Positions 1 to 18,910 of a DNA stretch of 64,000 nt are shown here, one piece after another. The translations under genes were made by a program, and so were the position numbers. The notes under the pieces are model-generated. The model did no database searches, was not told where the DNA came from, and saw only the letters and a list, made by a program, of their open reading frames with translations. Each line of letters starts with the position of its first letter. Position 1 is the first letter of the stretch. The DNA comes from the human T2T-CHM13v2.0 reference genome, Homo sapiens: NCBI RefSeq assembly GCF_009914755.1, contig NC_060926.1; one strand, given 5' to 3'.

Positions 1-560
1 ATGTTTAATTCAGCTGGAATTCGTTTTGTGTATGGTATGGGATAGAGATTTTATCTTTTTATAGAAAGTCAATTTTCCTATTACCATTTATTGAACATCC
101 ACCCTTTCCCACTGATCTGACAGAGCACATCTATCATATAACAAGATCTCACAATATTTGGGCTCTGTTTTGGGGCTCTTTGTTCTGTTCCACTGATCTA
201 TTTGTTTATTCTGTATCAATATCTACCATTTAAATTACTCTAGACTTATGCTGCCTTGATTTCTGGTACTAATTCTTCCTTTTCAGAATTACGTTTGAAT
301 TGTCACAGCTGTTCATCTTCTATATGAATGTAAAAAATGTTTGTCAAAGGGCTACCAAAAAAATTTATTGGGAATTTTTGTTAGGATCACATTGAATTTA
401 TAGATCAATTTGGGCAGAATCGCCATTTTGAGACTACTGAATCTTCCCTTTCATAAACATGATTTGGTTCTTCTTATGTGACTTTAAATGTATTTTTATA
501 GGTTTTAAAATGGGAGTTTGCCTTTTATTTCTAAGTATTTTCTTTGTCTTGTTAATGTGA
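1..560 (-). mobile_element. Old L1M fragment
   Basis: T-rich antisense ORF2 motifs (ttgaatttatagatcaatttgggcagaat, ctttgttctgttccactgatcta). Confidence 0.7.
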
Positions 561-594
561 ATGGTCTCTCTCTTATTGTTTATGTGCCTTTTCC

Positions 595-1337
595 TTTTTG
601 AGACAGGGTCTCACTCTGCCACCTAGGCTGGAGTGCAGTGGCACGATCATGGCTCACTGCAGCCTCAACCGTCCCAGGCTCAGGCGATCCTCCCACCTCA
701 GCCTTCCGAGTAGCTGGGACTACAGGCACACATCACTACACCTGGCTAATTTTTGTATTTTTTTCTGGAGACGAGATTTCGCCATGTTGTCCATGCTGGT
801 CTCGAACTCCTGGACTCAAGGGTTCCTCCCACCTTGGCCTCCCAAAGTTCTAGGATTACAGGCATGAGCCACCATACCTGGCTTATTGTTTCTGTTCTAA
901 TTGGCTATTTCTTTTCTGTTTTTTTTTTTTTTTTTTTGAGACAGAGTCTCACTCTGTCACCCAGGCTGGAGTGCAGTGGCACAATCTCAGCTCACTGCAA
1001 CCTCTGCCTCCTGGGTTCAAGTGATTCTCCTGCCTCAGTCTCTCTACGTGACTTTTTTTTCTTTTTTTTTTTTTTTGTATTTTTAGTAGAGACGGGGTTT
1101 CACCACGTTGGCCAGGCTGGTTTTGAACTCCTGATCTCAAGTGATCTACCTGCCTCGGCCTCCCAAAGTGCTAAGATTACAGGCGAGAGCCACCGTGCCC
1201 GGCCTAATTTTTTAGTTTTTTGTAGAGATGAGGTCTCACTATATTGCCCAGGCTGGTCTTGAACTCCTGACCTCAAGTGATCCCCCCATCTAGGCCTCCC
1301 AAAGTGCTGGGATTACGGGCATGAGCTACCCTGGCCC
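595..1337 (-). mobile_element. Alu cluster: about 595-883, 920-1205 and a left-arm remainder 1206-1337
   Basis: Antisense Alu consensus with T-tails. Confidence 0.92.
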
Positions 1338-1886
1338 TAGCTGCATTTATGTTCTTAAGATTGTACTTTAACTTTCTTCTGTTTTACTCTCTTTATCCAG
1401 TTTTGATATTAAAGTTATACTATCTTCACAAAATAAGCTAAGTAACTGTTTCTATTTTTCTTTTCTCTGGAACAATTTGCATGATATAAAGGTTACCTTT
1501 TTTTCTGGGAAAACCGGCCCATAAAACGGTCCAGGCCTAGTAACCTTTGCATGGGCATTTGGGAGGCAGTTTTGAATACCTAGTCAGTTAATTTTATTAG
1601 TCTATTCTGGTTTTCAGTGTTAGCTGGGACAATTTTGGTAATTTATATTTTCTAGGAAATTATCCATTCCCCTAAGTTTTCAAATTTCTTGGCACAGAAT
1701 TGTTGATAGTATTCTTTTCATCAGTTGTGCCCGATACAAGGAAGAAGAACCCCTGTTTCAATGAAGGGAACTGGGAGCTTACAAAATTGTTGACAAGGCT
1801 AGAGAAGTGAGCTCTAGAAATGACTCCCAGAACAGTCTAGAGCTGTCGAGAAGAGCTGCCAAGTATGGCACCATTAGTAAAGTGGA

Positions 1887-2221
<335 letters not shown>

Positions 2222-2882
2222 TCAGTGTATACAACTGAGTTCAAGTATACACGGCAATGATTGCAATCCCGGGTCACAAAGCCATGGTTAAAACCACCAC
2301 TGACTCTTAAGAGCTGTAACTAGATATGGCACTGCTGATTCCAGCTGCTGTTGCTGCTGCTACAAACAACTCCCCAGACCCCCAAAGCCGGATCCTGGAC
2401 TCTGAGTTTGGCAGCAGAAAAAGTCAGTCCAAAGTTTTAGAATTATGGCCATTGCTTCCCTTCTTCCAACCAAATCTCACACAACTGCAGCTAACTAGCA
2501 AAATCTGATTCTCATCTAGAAACCTAATTGAAATGCAGTTTTCAGCTTTGTAATCTCTGTAGTTAGGCAAATGCCCTCGAAGGAGATGGAAATAACTATC
2601 CAGTGCCAATCAACTATATCTAATACGTCTGGAATCACGTTTTATAGCTCTCTACTATACATGCAGTTATGTGCACTCTCTTGACCTAATATTATTTACC
2701 TTTTCTTCCTCTCTTTTTCTCACTTTTGGCAGATGTCTATTTTGTCTTTTCAAAAGAATTGCTTTTGGTTTTGTTGATTTCTCCTTTGTGTTTGTTTTCT
2801 GTTTCATCAATTTGTGGTTTTATCTTTATTCTTTCACCCCTTCTGCATTCATTGGGTTCAGCTTTTTGTTCATTCTGCAGCA

Positions 2883-3489
<607 letters not shown>

Positions 3490-3665
3490 TAGACTTAAGT
3501 TGAGCACTAAATGACATGTTTTCAATATTGTTGTTTACTAGTAACAACACTGCTTTATCTGCATCCCACAATGTTTGATACTTTGCTAGTGTATTTTACA
3601 GGGTTTCATTGTCATTCAGTTCCAGATATTTGGTACCTTTCCCTGTCCTTTTTTAACACATTAAT

Positions 3666-3959
<294 letters not shown>

Positions 3960-3983
3960 TAATGCATTATTAAGAGGTGAGGC

Positions 3984-4376
<393 letters not shown>

Positions 4377-4615
4377 CTATATGATAAAATTTCTTTAATA
4401 TTTGTAGCCAACGCTTTTTAAAAAAAGAATTATCTAACTTGCATCAGAGAGTGGTCCACTGTTAAAAAAAAACAAAACACAAAACACTTCACATCATGCT
4501 TGATAAGAATTCATATTCTCTATTTGTTGGGTACATGCTTCTATACAAATCTACCAGAATACATTTGTCAGTTGTCTTTTCAAGTCATTAATATCATTGT
4601 TTTTATCTGCTTGAT

Positions 4616-4860
4616 CTTTTTTTTTTTTTTTTTTGAGACGGAGTCTTGCTCCATCGCCCAGGCTGGAGTGCAGTGGTGCTCATGGCTCACAGCAGCTTCA
4701 ACCTCTTGAGCTCAAGCAATCCTCCCACCTCAGCCTCCTGAGTAACTTGAACTACAGGCGTGCGCCACCACACCCAGCTAATATTTTTAGAGGCGGGGGC
4801 TTTACCATGTTGCCCAGGCTGGTCTCGAACTCTTGGACTCAAATGTTCCTCCCACCTTGG
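4616..4860 (-). mobile_element. AluJ-like element interrupted by MER52; remainder at about 6745-6792
   Basis: Stops at cctcccaccttgg and resumes as cctccc..gtgctgg..acaggcatgagccacc. Confidence 0.85.
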
Positions 4861-6729
4861 TGATGGCAACAGCAGCCTGTCTGGAGCGGATGCTGCCATC
4901 ACACTGGCTGCAGGAGGGAGGGGCGGCCAGGGCTGCACACCCTGTGGAGCCAACAACAAGTGGGAGCCCCACCTCTTCTGAATTGGTGGGGTGGGAGCTC
5001 CCCAGGTGCAGCCACAGCCATCCAAGTCATGGCTGTGGACCCAGGCCTCCTGCTCCTCCAGGGAGCCCCGCTTGGGGGGCAGCTGCAGCTGCCCAAATCA
5101 CAGCTGCAGACCCGGGCCTCCCTGTGCTCTTGCAGGTGCCAAGAGCAAGCAGGAGCCCTGCCCTCCCTGGTGCAGCTTCAGACCCGGGCCTCCCTGTGCT
5201 CTTGCAGGTGCCAAAAGCAAGCAGGAGCCCTGCCCTCCCTGGTGCAGCTTCAGACCCGGGCCTCCATGCAGCAGGCAGGAACCCCATCCCCGCCAACTCT
5301 GGGGCAGCTGCAGCCACCCAAACCGTGGCTGTGGACCAAGGCATCCCTACACTCTTGGGGGCCCAGAAAGCCCCACCTGACCTTGCAGGCTCGGAAATGC
5401 CTGCTCCCACTGCCTGACTTCTCCCTGCTGTTGGTGCCCACGCCGATCTCAGAACAAAGCTGGGGTGAAGACAGCCAGGTGTGCACAGGCTCAGGGCAGT
5501 GCTGACATGCTAGCCCCCTGCCACCTTGGCCCCCTCTGGACTTTGGGTGCCTATGAGCATGGGTGGGAAGCCAAGTGGGGGCTGAGGGCAGCTCAGCACT
5601 GGCTTGCAGAAGCCCCTTGGCAGGAACAGCCTGGGCGCCATGAACAGCAGCGGGAGGCAAGACAGGCTCCTGGGCGGAAGAGGGCGAGTCCCCGGTGAGG
5701 CCCCACCTTCAGGCCACATAGGGCCTGAAGGCTAGGGGCTGGGCTGCCTGTCCCGCAGACCAGAATGGGAACTTGTGGTGCCTTTTCTGGGCCCGCTCAT
5801 GGCCGCTAATGGAGCAATTGGTGTGCACTTCCTCCCCTCAGAGGCCCATAAAAGCCCAGGTTCAGCTAGAGCTGGGCAGACCTCAGGATGACCAGCTGCA
5901 GAGAGGAGCTACCCACTCCAGGGCCTCCTCTCTGCTGAGAGCTGCAGAGATTTTGGGACAACCTACCTGCAAAGAGGAGCTTCCCACCCCAGGGTCTCCT
6001 CTTTGCTAGGAGCTGAACACTTGTTGGGACACCCTGGAAGCAGAAAGGAGCTGCCCCCTGTGGTAGACTGAGCTGTTCTAGTGCTCAATAAAGCTCCTCT
6101 TCATCTTGCTCACCCTCCTGCTCACCCTCTGCTTGTCTGCATACCTTATTCTTCCTGGTTGCAGCACAAGAACTCGGGACCATGGAATGATGAGGTTAAA
6201 AGAGCTGTAACACAAACAGGGCTGAAACATGCCCCTTGCTCACCACGTTGCTGGTGAAGAGAAGTAGAGAAGAGCTGCAGTCCTTTGCGGAGCCCAAAAC
6301 TGGGAGCTCCCTGAGGCAGGGCTGTGATTCCCTCTTTGGGGCCCTGCTGTTCCTGGTGTCTCCAAGTTTCTGAATGCTTGTTCCCCGATGCAAGCCATGG
6401 AATCTGCTTGTGGTGGTACCTGGTCCGGCCGCAGCCTCACAGAGAGCCAGTGCCTGTGCTGGCACCTGGAGCTGCCCACCCCACTGCAGCAGCCAGCATG
6501 TCTGACTGTGTGCAGTGGCCAGACCCCACACTCACTCACACACCCCTTGCCATTCCATGTCTGACTTGCCCTTGGTGGTGTGGGATCCAGGCTGGCAGCA
6601 AGAACCAAATGCAGCCTGCCAGGCCAAGTGAGTGAAATGACTCCAGCGGGCCCGAGCAAAACTTGGGGAAAGGTACCACTGGCCACAGAGGTTTCCTGCC
6701 AGAAAAACGACACCCCAAATATCCTATAA
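4861..6729 (+). mobile_element. MER52-family (ERV1) solo LTR inserted into an Alu
   Basis: Starts tgatggcaacagcagcctgtctggagcgg, ends gacaccccaaatatcctataa, as recalled for MER52 termini. GC-rich 1.87 kb, TATA-like cataaaa 5847-5853, AATAAA 6087-6092; Alu sequence on both sides. Confidence 0.85.
5107..5265 (+). repeat. 72-bp tandem repeat (2.2 copies) in the MER52 LTR
   Basis: cagacccgggcctcc starts at 5107, 5179 and 5251; one mismatch between the two full units. Confidence 0.95.
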
Positions 6730-6861
6730 TTGCTGCCACCCAAATCAGCCTCCCTCTGTGCTGGAAATACAGGCATGAGCCACCATGCCTGGTGATCTTT
6801 TAATTAAAAATTATTTTTCAAATATTTTTAATAGATAATCCATTCAAAGCATTTTTTTTAA

Positions 6862-7176
<315 letters not shown>

Positions 7177-7429
7177 TTTTTAAATTATACAGTGAAAAAG
7201 CTTGCGCTCCCACCCTGTCTCCTTAAACCCAATGCATCCCACTCCCAGGTAACCTCTATTCTTCCCCAATAATACTTATTTGGCTATAACGTGATTGACA
7301 ATTGACTTTTGGACCTCCAGGTCTCCTAGCCAGCCAGCTGCCTACTACACTCATTGCAGTCATTTCATGAAGCTTACAGTAATGTGATCACATAATTTAC
7401 ACCACTCAATTTTTGGGCCCCACTTAGAA

Positions 7430-8930
7430 CTTTTGGGTTTCATAATCAAATATGAATCTATGTTTATTTTCCCACCCCCTTCCCACACAAAAGGTGGCAT
7501 ACTATATATACTGATGTGTACGTAGCTTTCTCCATTCAATAATAATTCCTGGAGATCTTGCCATAGGTGGATAAGAGCTTCCTACTTCTTTATTGTTGTT
7601 ACCTAGTATTCCATTGTTGGATGTCTCAGATGTTATTCACTTGGTCATATTTTGGGGGCAATCGGATTATTTACAATCTTTTCTATTATATACAATGCAC
7701 AATGAATAACCTTATATGTATGTCAGTTCATACATGTGTGGGTATATCTGTGGTATACATTATCAGAAGTGGTACTGCTTGATCAAGGGATACACGCATT
7801 TGCAATTCTGACAAAAATTGTCAAATTGAATTCTAGAGAGGTTGAAACAATTTATAATCCCATCCACTGTTTTCCCCAAAGCTTTACCTATGGAGTATAT
7901 TATTAAACTTTTGAATTTTTGACAACTTGATAGGTGAAAAATGGCACCTTAGTCTAGATTGAAATCGCTTTTCTCTTATTCTGAAAGATGTTGAGTATAT
8001 TTTCATGCAAGTAGGGGACTTTATATTTTCTAGAGACTTTATATTTTCTATATAAAACTGTTCATATGCTTTGCTCATTTTCCTATTTGGTTGTTGATTC
8101 TTGTTTTATTGATTATTGATCATAAGCTCTTTTAGTTTTTAAAAAACATTTTTTTAAGCTTTTATATAAATTAGGGGGCCTGGTCCTTTAGGATGTAGTT
8201 CCAAGTTGTTTTTCTTTTTCCTAAGCTTTTCATTTGTCTTTTGACTTTGCTTCTTTCTTTCTTTCTGCAATGCAAAACTGTACAGTCAAGGTTGGAAAGA
8301 CTACTTCGTTATGCCACAGTTAAGAAGGAATTCTCCTATGTTTCCTTCTAGTACTTTTACGGCTTTATGTTGTACATTTATCTTTAACCTTTAACCACTG
8401 GGAGTTTTTCTGGTGTATGCTTTGCGGGTGCCAATTGCTTTTTCCAGATAACTTTCTGACTGTTTCAATACAATTTATTGAGTAGTCTATCCTTTATTCA
8501 CTGATTTGAGATAGTTCTCTTAACATATATAGATATTTTCTCATGCATTTTAATCTTTTTGATTTTCTGTTCTGTTTTATTGATATGTCTATTCATTCAT
8601 CAATGCTCAACTGTTTTCATTTTTGAGGGCTGAGTGTTTTAAGATCTGGTATGTCCAGTTCCCCTTCATTGATTTACTTTTTTCAATTTTATTCTTGCCA
8701 TTCTTGTTTATTTTTCCATAGGAATATTAGAATCAGCATATCTAGTTTTAAACAAGTGTCAGCATTTTTATTGCTCCTACATTACATTTATAAATTAAGT
8801 TAGAGAACTGAAGTCTTTATGAGGCTTAGTCTTCTGATCCAAGCACACGCAAAGTTTTTCCATTTGTTCAGGTCTCCTTTAGTGTCCCTCAGTGCTATTT
8901 TTAAAGTTTTCTTCATACATGTCTTATATT
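7430..8930 (-). mobile_element. Old L1M (ME/MD-like) fragment
   Basis: Antisense L1 3' motifs (agaagtggtactgcttgatcaaggg, ttccataggaatattagaatcagc). Confidence 0.7.
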
Positions 8931-9225
8931 TTTTTTTGTTTGAGAGAGAGAGCCTTACTCTGTCACCCAGGCTGGAGTGCAGTAGCGTGATCTCAGCTCA
9001 TTGCAACCTCCACCTCTTGGGTTCAGGCAATTCTCATGCCTCAGCCTCCCTAGTAGCTGGGCTTACAGGTGTGCACCACCACTCCCAGCTAATTTTTGTA
9101 TATTTAGTAGAGACAGGGTTTTGCCATGTTGGCTAGGCTGGTCTCGAACTCCTGGCATCAAGTGATCTGCCTGCCTCGGTCTCCCAAAGTGCTGGAATTA
9201 CAGGCATGAGCTACTGCGCCCAACC
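8930..9225 (-). mobile_element. Alu
   Basis: Antisense dimer. Confidence 0.93.
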
Positions 9226-9269
9226 AGGTCTCATACATTTTTCATTAAACTGATTCCTAGTTATTTGTA

Positions 9270-9845
9270 CTTGCTACCATCAATTGGTACTTGACCTTCA
9301 TTCTCATCTACTTCTCTGTTTCCTACTGAAATACAAGGGCTGAAAGGCTAAATAAATAAATCACATTTCCAAGACTATGTGACAGCAAATTCTAGATATG
9401 ATTTAGCTTTGATGAATCAAATACATACATACATACAAGAGCAGGAAGATGGAAAAGACGTGGAGCCCCTTGTCCTCCTGCTGTGGTGGCTGGCAAGCCA
9501 GGTTGAACTGACTACCCCTGGACTCAATATTCCAGTGTCTAGTCACTACCTTTGTGGACATGAGAAGATTGTGGTGGCAGCAGCAGTGACAGCTTCCTGA
9601 CATCTGAATTACAGCTATGATGATATGACTTTGAAATCATTACTCCCACGACAGTCCTCAACTTTATGTATCTTCTAAAATTTTATCTAACACTCATTTA
9701 ATACATACTAGCTGCCAGAAACTGTTACAAGCAATTTTTCAAAATTATATATGTGAAGGCCTAATTATTTTGGAAGCAGCTAATTCCCCATCTTCTTTTG
9801 TACTTGAAATTCTTGGAGTGACTTTGGTTTCCTAAACTGATTCAA
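9270..9845 (+). mobile_element. Ancient ERVL LTR (LTR33-like)
   Basis: ggctgaaaggctaa...cacatttccaagact motif and LTR33-like 3' end; highly diverged. Confidence 0.45.
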
Positions 9846-10369
9846 GGTTCTTTAGTGTGACTATTATAGTACTAGGTTCACCTTCTGTCATTATACCTTA
9901 TGTTTGTATGTGTAAAAACAGACATCGATTTTTTAGATAGTGTGTTAAAATCTCCCATTATGATTGTAAATTTGTCAAATTCTATTAGGTTTGTTTTATA
10001 TATTTTAACGCTTTTATTGGATGTAAAGAAATGCATGATTCTTATTTCTTGGTAGACTGTTTCTTTCTGTGAGATAAAATAACCTTTGTGCATATTTCTG
10101 CTTAAATGTTATTTGGCCTGATAACATTATTTTATCATTTATATTATACTATATTGTTACACCAACTTTCCTTATACTAGTAATTGAGAATTTTGTTTGT
10201 TGAGAAAGAAATACATTCACATGGTTCAAAATTTAAAAGGGCATTCAGTGATGTTTTCTTCCCACACCTCACCCCCAGCTACTCAGTTTTCTTCCCTGCT
10301 GGCGTCTGAAATACCTTTTTCCATTCCTTTATTTTTAATTACTACGTCACATTTTTTAGAAATGTTTCT

Positions 10370-10725
10370 TTCTTTTTTATTTATTTTTATTTATTTTAGA
10401 GATGAAGTCTCACTCTGTCACCCATGCTAGAGTGCAGGCAGGCTAGAATGCACCCAGGCTGGAGTGCAGTGGTGCAATCATAGTTCACTGCAGCTTTTAT
10501 CCCCAGGGCTCAACTCCTGCATAGTTTACAGTGGCCTCTAACTCCTGGGCTCCCACCTTAACCTCCCAAATAGCTAAGACTACAGGTGTGTGCCACCATG
10601 CCTGGGTAATTTATTTCTATTTTAATTTTTAGAGACAGGGTCTCACTACATTGCCCAGGCTGGTCTCAAACTCCTGGGCTCAAGCAATCCTCCCTCCTCA
10701 GCATCCTGAGTAGCTGAGATTATAG
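10370..10725 (-). mobile_element. AluJ-like with internal duplications
   Basis: gctagagtgca / gctagaatgca / gctggagtgca repeated. Confidence 0.85.
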
Positions 10726-11026
10726 CCAAGGAGTGTCCCTCATAAATAGTATTTTTAAAATCCAGTCAGAGTCTCTGCTTTTAATAGAGGAATTTAATAG
10801 CAATATACTAATAGTGATCACAGACATACCTGGATATAGATTGGCCATCTTGTTTTTTTCTATTTACTGTTCTTTTTTATCACATTTTTCTTTCTCTCTT
10901 GCATTCTACCAGACTGATAAAATTTTCTTTATTCCATTTTTCTTCTTCTAATGATTAAGAAGTTATATATTCTATTTCTAGTCTTCTAGTCATATCACTT
11001 ACATTTTAAACCTTTTATTTTGTATT

Positions 11027-11393
11027 TTTATTAGTCCGTTCTCACACTGCTATAAAGAACTACCCAAGACTGGGTGATTTATAAAGGAAAGAGGCTTAAT
11101 TGACTCACAGTTCCACAGGAGGGAGGCCTCAGGAAACTTACAATTATGCAGAAGGGGAAGCAAACATGTCCTTCTTCACATGGCAGCAGCAAGGAGAAGT
11201 GCCCTGCAAAAGTGGGGAAAGCCCCTTATAAAACCATCAGATCTCGTGAGAACTCACTATTGCGAAAACAGCATGAGGGTAACCATCCCCATGATTAAAT
11301 TACCTCCCACTGGGTCCCTCTCATGACACATGGGGATTATGGGAACTATAATTCAAGATGAATGTTGGCGGGGGACACAGCCAAACCATATCA
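11027..11393 (-). mobile_element. THE1-family MaLR solo LTR
   Basis: Ends ggggacacagccaaaccatatca (reverse complement of the THE1 start TGATATGGTTTGGCTGTGTCCCC); 5-bp TSD gtatt at 11022-11026 and 11394-11398. Confidence 0.92.
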
Positions 11394-12779
11394 GTATTTT
11401 TCCAGCAAAGTCTAAAGCTAACCAGTATTTCTGAACAAAACAATGATCTTAACATTCTTTAGCTTTCTTCTGAAATACCTACTTGTTTTTGGCCTAGAAT
11501 GTAATTATCAGCTTGCCTTTAAATACACACACAAAAACTGTTGTTGTTGTTATTATAATTATTATTTTATTTAAAGTTTGTCAACATGTTTTACCAATTT
11601 CTCTTTTTCACCTTTTCTTGTGGCATCATGCTCTTTCCTTTTGGATTCATTTTTCTTCTAGCCAAAGCAGTTTTTAGTTGTCCTTTCAGTGAAGGTCTGT
11701 TGGTAGTAAGTTCTTTTGGTCCTTGTGTGTGTTAAAATATCTCTATTATGCACACTCTACTGACAGTTTAGCTGGGTATGAAATTCAAAGTTCAAATTAT
11801 TTTCCCTCAGTATTCTGAAGTTGTTATTTCATTGTTTTTTTGGCAATGATTTGTGCTAAAAATAAGCATACTGTTATTCTGATTGTCATTCCTTTGTAGA
11901 TAATCTGTCTTTACCTCCTGGTAGCTTTTAAGAGGATTCTCTTTATTTCCAATATTTTGTCATTTCACTGCAATCTTCTAAATGTACTTTCTTTTCTTTT
12001 TTTTTTTTTATATTTGTGCAGTCTGTCTCAGCATTTAGTGGTTTCAACCTGACAATTTGTGCCCTTTTTAAATGCTGAAAAATTCTTAGCTATTCTATCT
12101 TCAAATATTGCTGTCTTCACTCTATTATTTCCTTCTAGGAAACCCTCATTTGTGTAGGCTAAAATATCTCAGTCTATCCTCCATGACATCAACTGATTAC
12201 CTTTTTGTTCCATACTCTAAGAGTTGTCTTCAGTTCCATCTTCCAATTTACAAATTCTCTCTTCAAATATGTCCAGCCTAGAAGTTTTAAATTTCAATGA
12301 CTATCTTTTTCACATCTACCTGTTCTTGTTTCACTGCCTCCTGATCTTACTTCACTGATACCAGTTCATCTGTTATATCTTTAAGCATTTTAAGCATACT
12401 TTTTATTTTAATGTCTTTTAGATGGGCCTACTGTTTATATTTCTTGATATAAATTCTCCTGTTTGTTGGATTTGTAGATTTTCCTTGATAGGGCTGAACC
12501 TCCTCAAACACTTTGTAATTTATGTTTGAGAGCTTATCTTGGGAGTTTTTTCCTTGTGCCCTTTCTTATTAAGTGATTTCTGTGGTGCTGTGTTCCATCC
12601 TAAGCAGGTACAGGGATCTGAGCTGGGCCCCACATTAGGGCTCAGAGGTGTTGCCCCATTCAGATAGCATGATTCCAGATCATGCACTACCTTATAGTGA
12701 GGTCTCATATGTACAGATGTTTCCCTTCCTCCATGGCCAAGACAAGCATCTTATTTCTGGTTATAACCCTATAGTAACT

Positions 12780-13100
12780 GTATTATTGCTCCCAAATAAT
12801 CACTGCCCCTTCCTATAGGAGGACTGTATTTTCTCATCCCAATAAGGTCAGGCTAGGTTATATGACTAGCTTTAAGAGTCTCATGCTTCCATGATTTTTT
12901 CCTCTGACACAGAATGGCAACATACCAGATAAGGGCATATCCTTCATCCTGGATTCTAAAATGAAGAGGATGTGGCACAGAGTTGTGGCCAACCTGTAAA
13001 AGACATGTAACATGAACAAGAAATAGACTTTTGTAGTTGTAAGGCATTAAGACTTGGAAGTTGTTAGCTACTACTGCATAACTTAGTCCAAAGTCTGACA
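12780..13100 (+). mobile_element. Old MLT1-family MaLR LTR
   Basis: gaaatagacttttgtagttgtaaggcattaagacttggaagttgttag...actgcataacttag resembles the MLT1 3' end. Confidence 0.65.
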
Positions 13101-13211
13101 TAAACTTTAAGCCATCTATATAAAAATACGGTTTAGGCACTCCAGCCTGGGTGACAGAGTAGACTCTGTCTCAAAACAAAACAAAACAAAACAAAACAAA
13201 AAACCCTACTT

Positions 13212-15830
<2,619 letters not shown>

Positions 15831-16645
15831 CTGTGCTTTCTTGATCTAGAAGTACCCAAAAACATACTATTAGAGAAAAAATACCGCAAATAAACCACAA
15901 CCAGTGGATGCCTGTTGAGTTCAATCTGGAATGAGGAAAACTTTTACTCTTCATTTTGTATATTTCTTTATTATTTAAATTTGTTGCAACAATTTCTATG
16001 TAATTTTTAAAACTAGTAAAGAGTTTTTAAAATAAATGCTTCTTTTTGATCAGAAGAGAGATGCTCAAGAGAGATAATGAATCATTGCAAATGTGTGGGT
16101 TTAGGGTTTTTTGTGGTTAAAAACATGTATCATAAATTTTACCATCTTAACTATTTTGAAGTATGCACACAAATGTGATTTTTAAAATTATTAGGAAAAA
16201 CCTAGGGAGGCTCCACTGGTAGCCAGCCAGCCATAGAATCACCATAAATGAAGAGTAGTTATTAAAAATTAAAATCACACCACAGGAAGCTGTATATGAC
16301 CAAATGAGAATCTTGCACATAATATTCACTTTTTTCTTCCTTTAATTACCTTAGTCTTCTGTATCAGATTTTATGGCTCATAGTGATTAATGATTATTAG
16401 TAATAACAGTCCTTTTTGAACAAAGCTGAAGCTTATCCCAGCACTGCATTCTCTGAGTCTAAATATGATTAAGAATGTACTCAAATTCAGCCTCATTTCA
16501 GTAGTAAAATGCTACCCTTGTGTAACTGCTCTTGGTTTTTAACTGAAAAATGCTACTGTGCGTTTTAGCTGTTCAGACCGTGTAATGTTCCTGACAGGCC
16601 TGTGGAAATTCGCATGTGCTGCTATTTCCCAGGTGGTCACAATAA

Positions 16646-16995
<350 letters not shown>

Positions 16996-17367
16996 CTCAG
17001 ATGGTATTTCTTAATATCCTTGCAAAAGGCTGGACTTAAGGAAGTGGAAACTGAATCAAAGGTTTGCTAAACCAGAACTGGAAAGCCCAACCTTAGCACT
17101 CAGCTACTCAATACAGCTTGAACTTTCAGCCTTCTGATTAAAAGTAAGATCATCTACTTATTTCATGTTCTGGCTCTGTAGACATAACTTCAACAGAATA
17201 AAATAACTATCCAAAACTAACAAACAGCAGCAATGAGGAGACAACAGGTCATGTGCATCAGGGTTAAATCGCAGAACTGATTTCAAGGCCAGCACTACTA
17301 GCAAGAGAGCAGAGACTGCCGGTCAGTCTGTAACCAGAGATTTCCACACTACTATCTGCATAATCTA

Positions 17368-18257
<890 letters not shown>

Positions 18258-18629
18258 ACCAACAGGGCCAGCACTCTCAGTGACAAATCATTCTGACCTC
18301 TCCAACAACCTATCAGTTTAGACATATTGACCATTTAAAAAAATTGAATTGACCAATTTCTTCAATCTAAGTTCCAGGTTGTATCCTTAGCCCAGACCAC
18401 CCATTGCTCAACTGTATGTTGTTAGAAACAAAAAGGGCAGCTTTATGAGTAAGAATGACTCACCATAAAACGCTACCACACAAAAATGACTCAATGAGAG
18501 TAGAACACAAATCATGAAACAATAGTATAAACTGATCTCATTTTTGAGATGTTTTATCTTGATATACAGACATATTCACAGGGAAAAAGCACAAAAGGAA
18601 ATATGCCAAAATGTTAAAAATGATTACTT

Positions 18630-18910
18630 GAATTTATGTGTTCATTCGACATTTACTGAGCAACAATTATGTGCTGGCCTCTGTGCTAAGTGTTGGGGAT
18701 ACAGTAATTAATCACACATATAAGGCTGCTGTTCTGGTAAAGCATTTATAATTCAGAAGTGACAATAATAAAGAAAGATCAATAGGATGAGAGAAGATGA
18801 ACCTAATCTATTATAGGGTTCAGTCAACAAGTCCCCAAGAAAGGAACGTTTAAACTAAGACCTAAAGGATAAGCAGGAGTGAGTCAAACAGCAGAGCAGG
18901 ATCGTGGAAA
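18630..18910 (-). mobile_element. L2 3' fragment
   Basis: ttcattcgacatttactgagca...tgtgctaagtgttggggatacag. Confidence 0.7.

Larger units (their letters stand above)
9900..12520 (-). mobile_element. Old L1M fragments (host of an Alu and the THE1 LTR)
   Basis: ttaaaatctcccattatgattgta; agtttagctgggtatgaaattc; tattctatcttcaaatattg. Confidence 0.6.

Noticed and set aside
4687-6776. Overlapping long ORFs (up to 194 aa) on both strands
   Set aside because: Stop-poor GC-rich MER52 LTR plus an in-frame 72-bp repeat; no gag/pol/env similarity.
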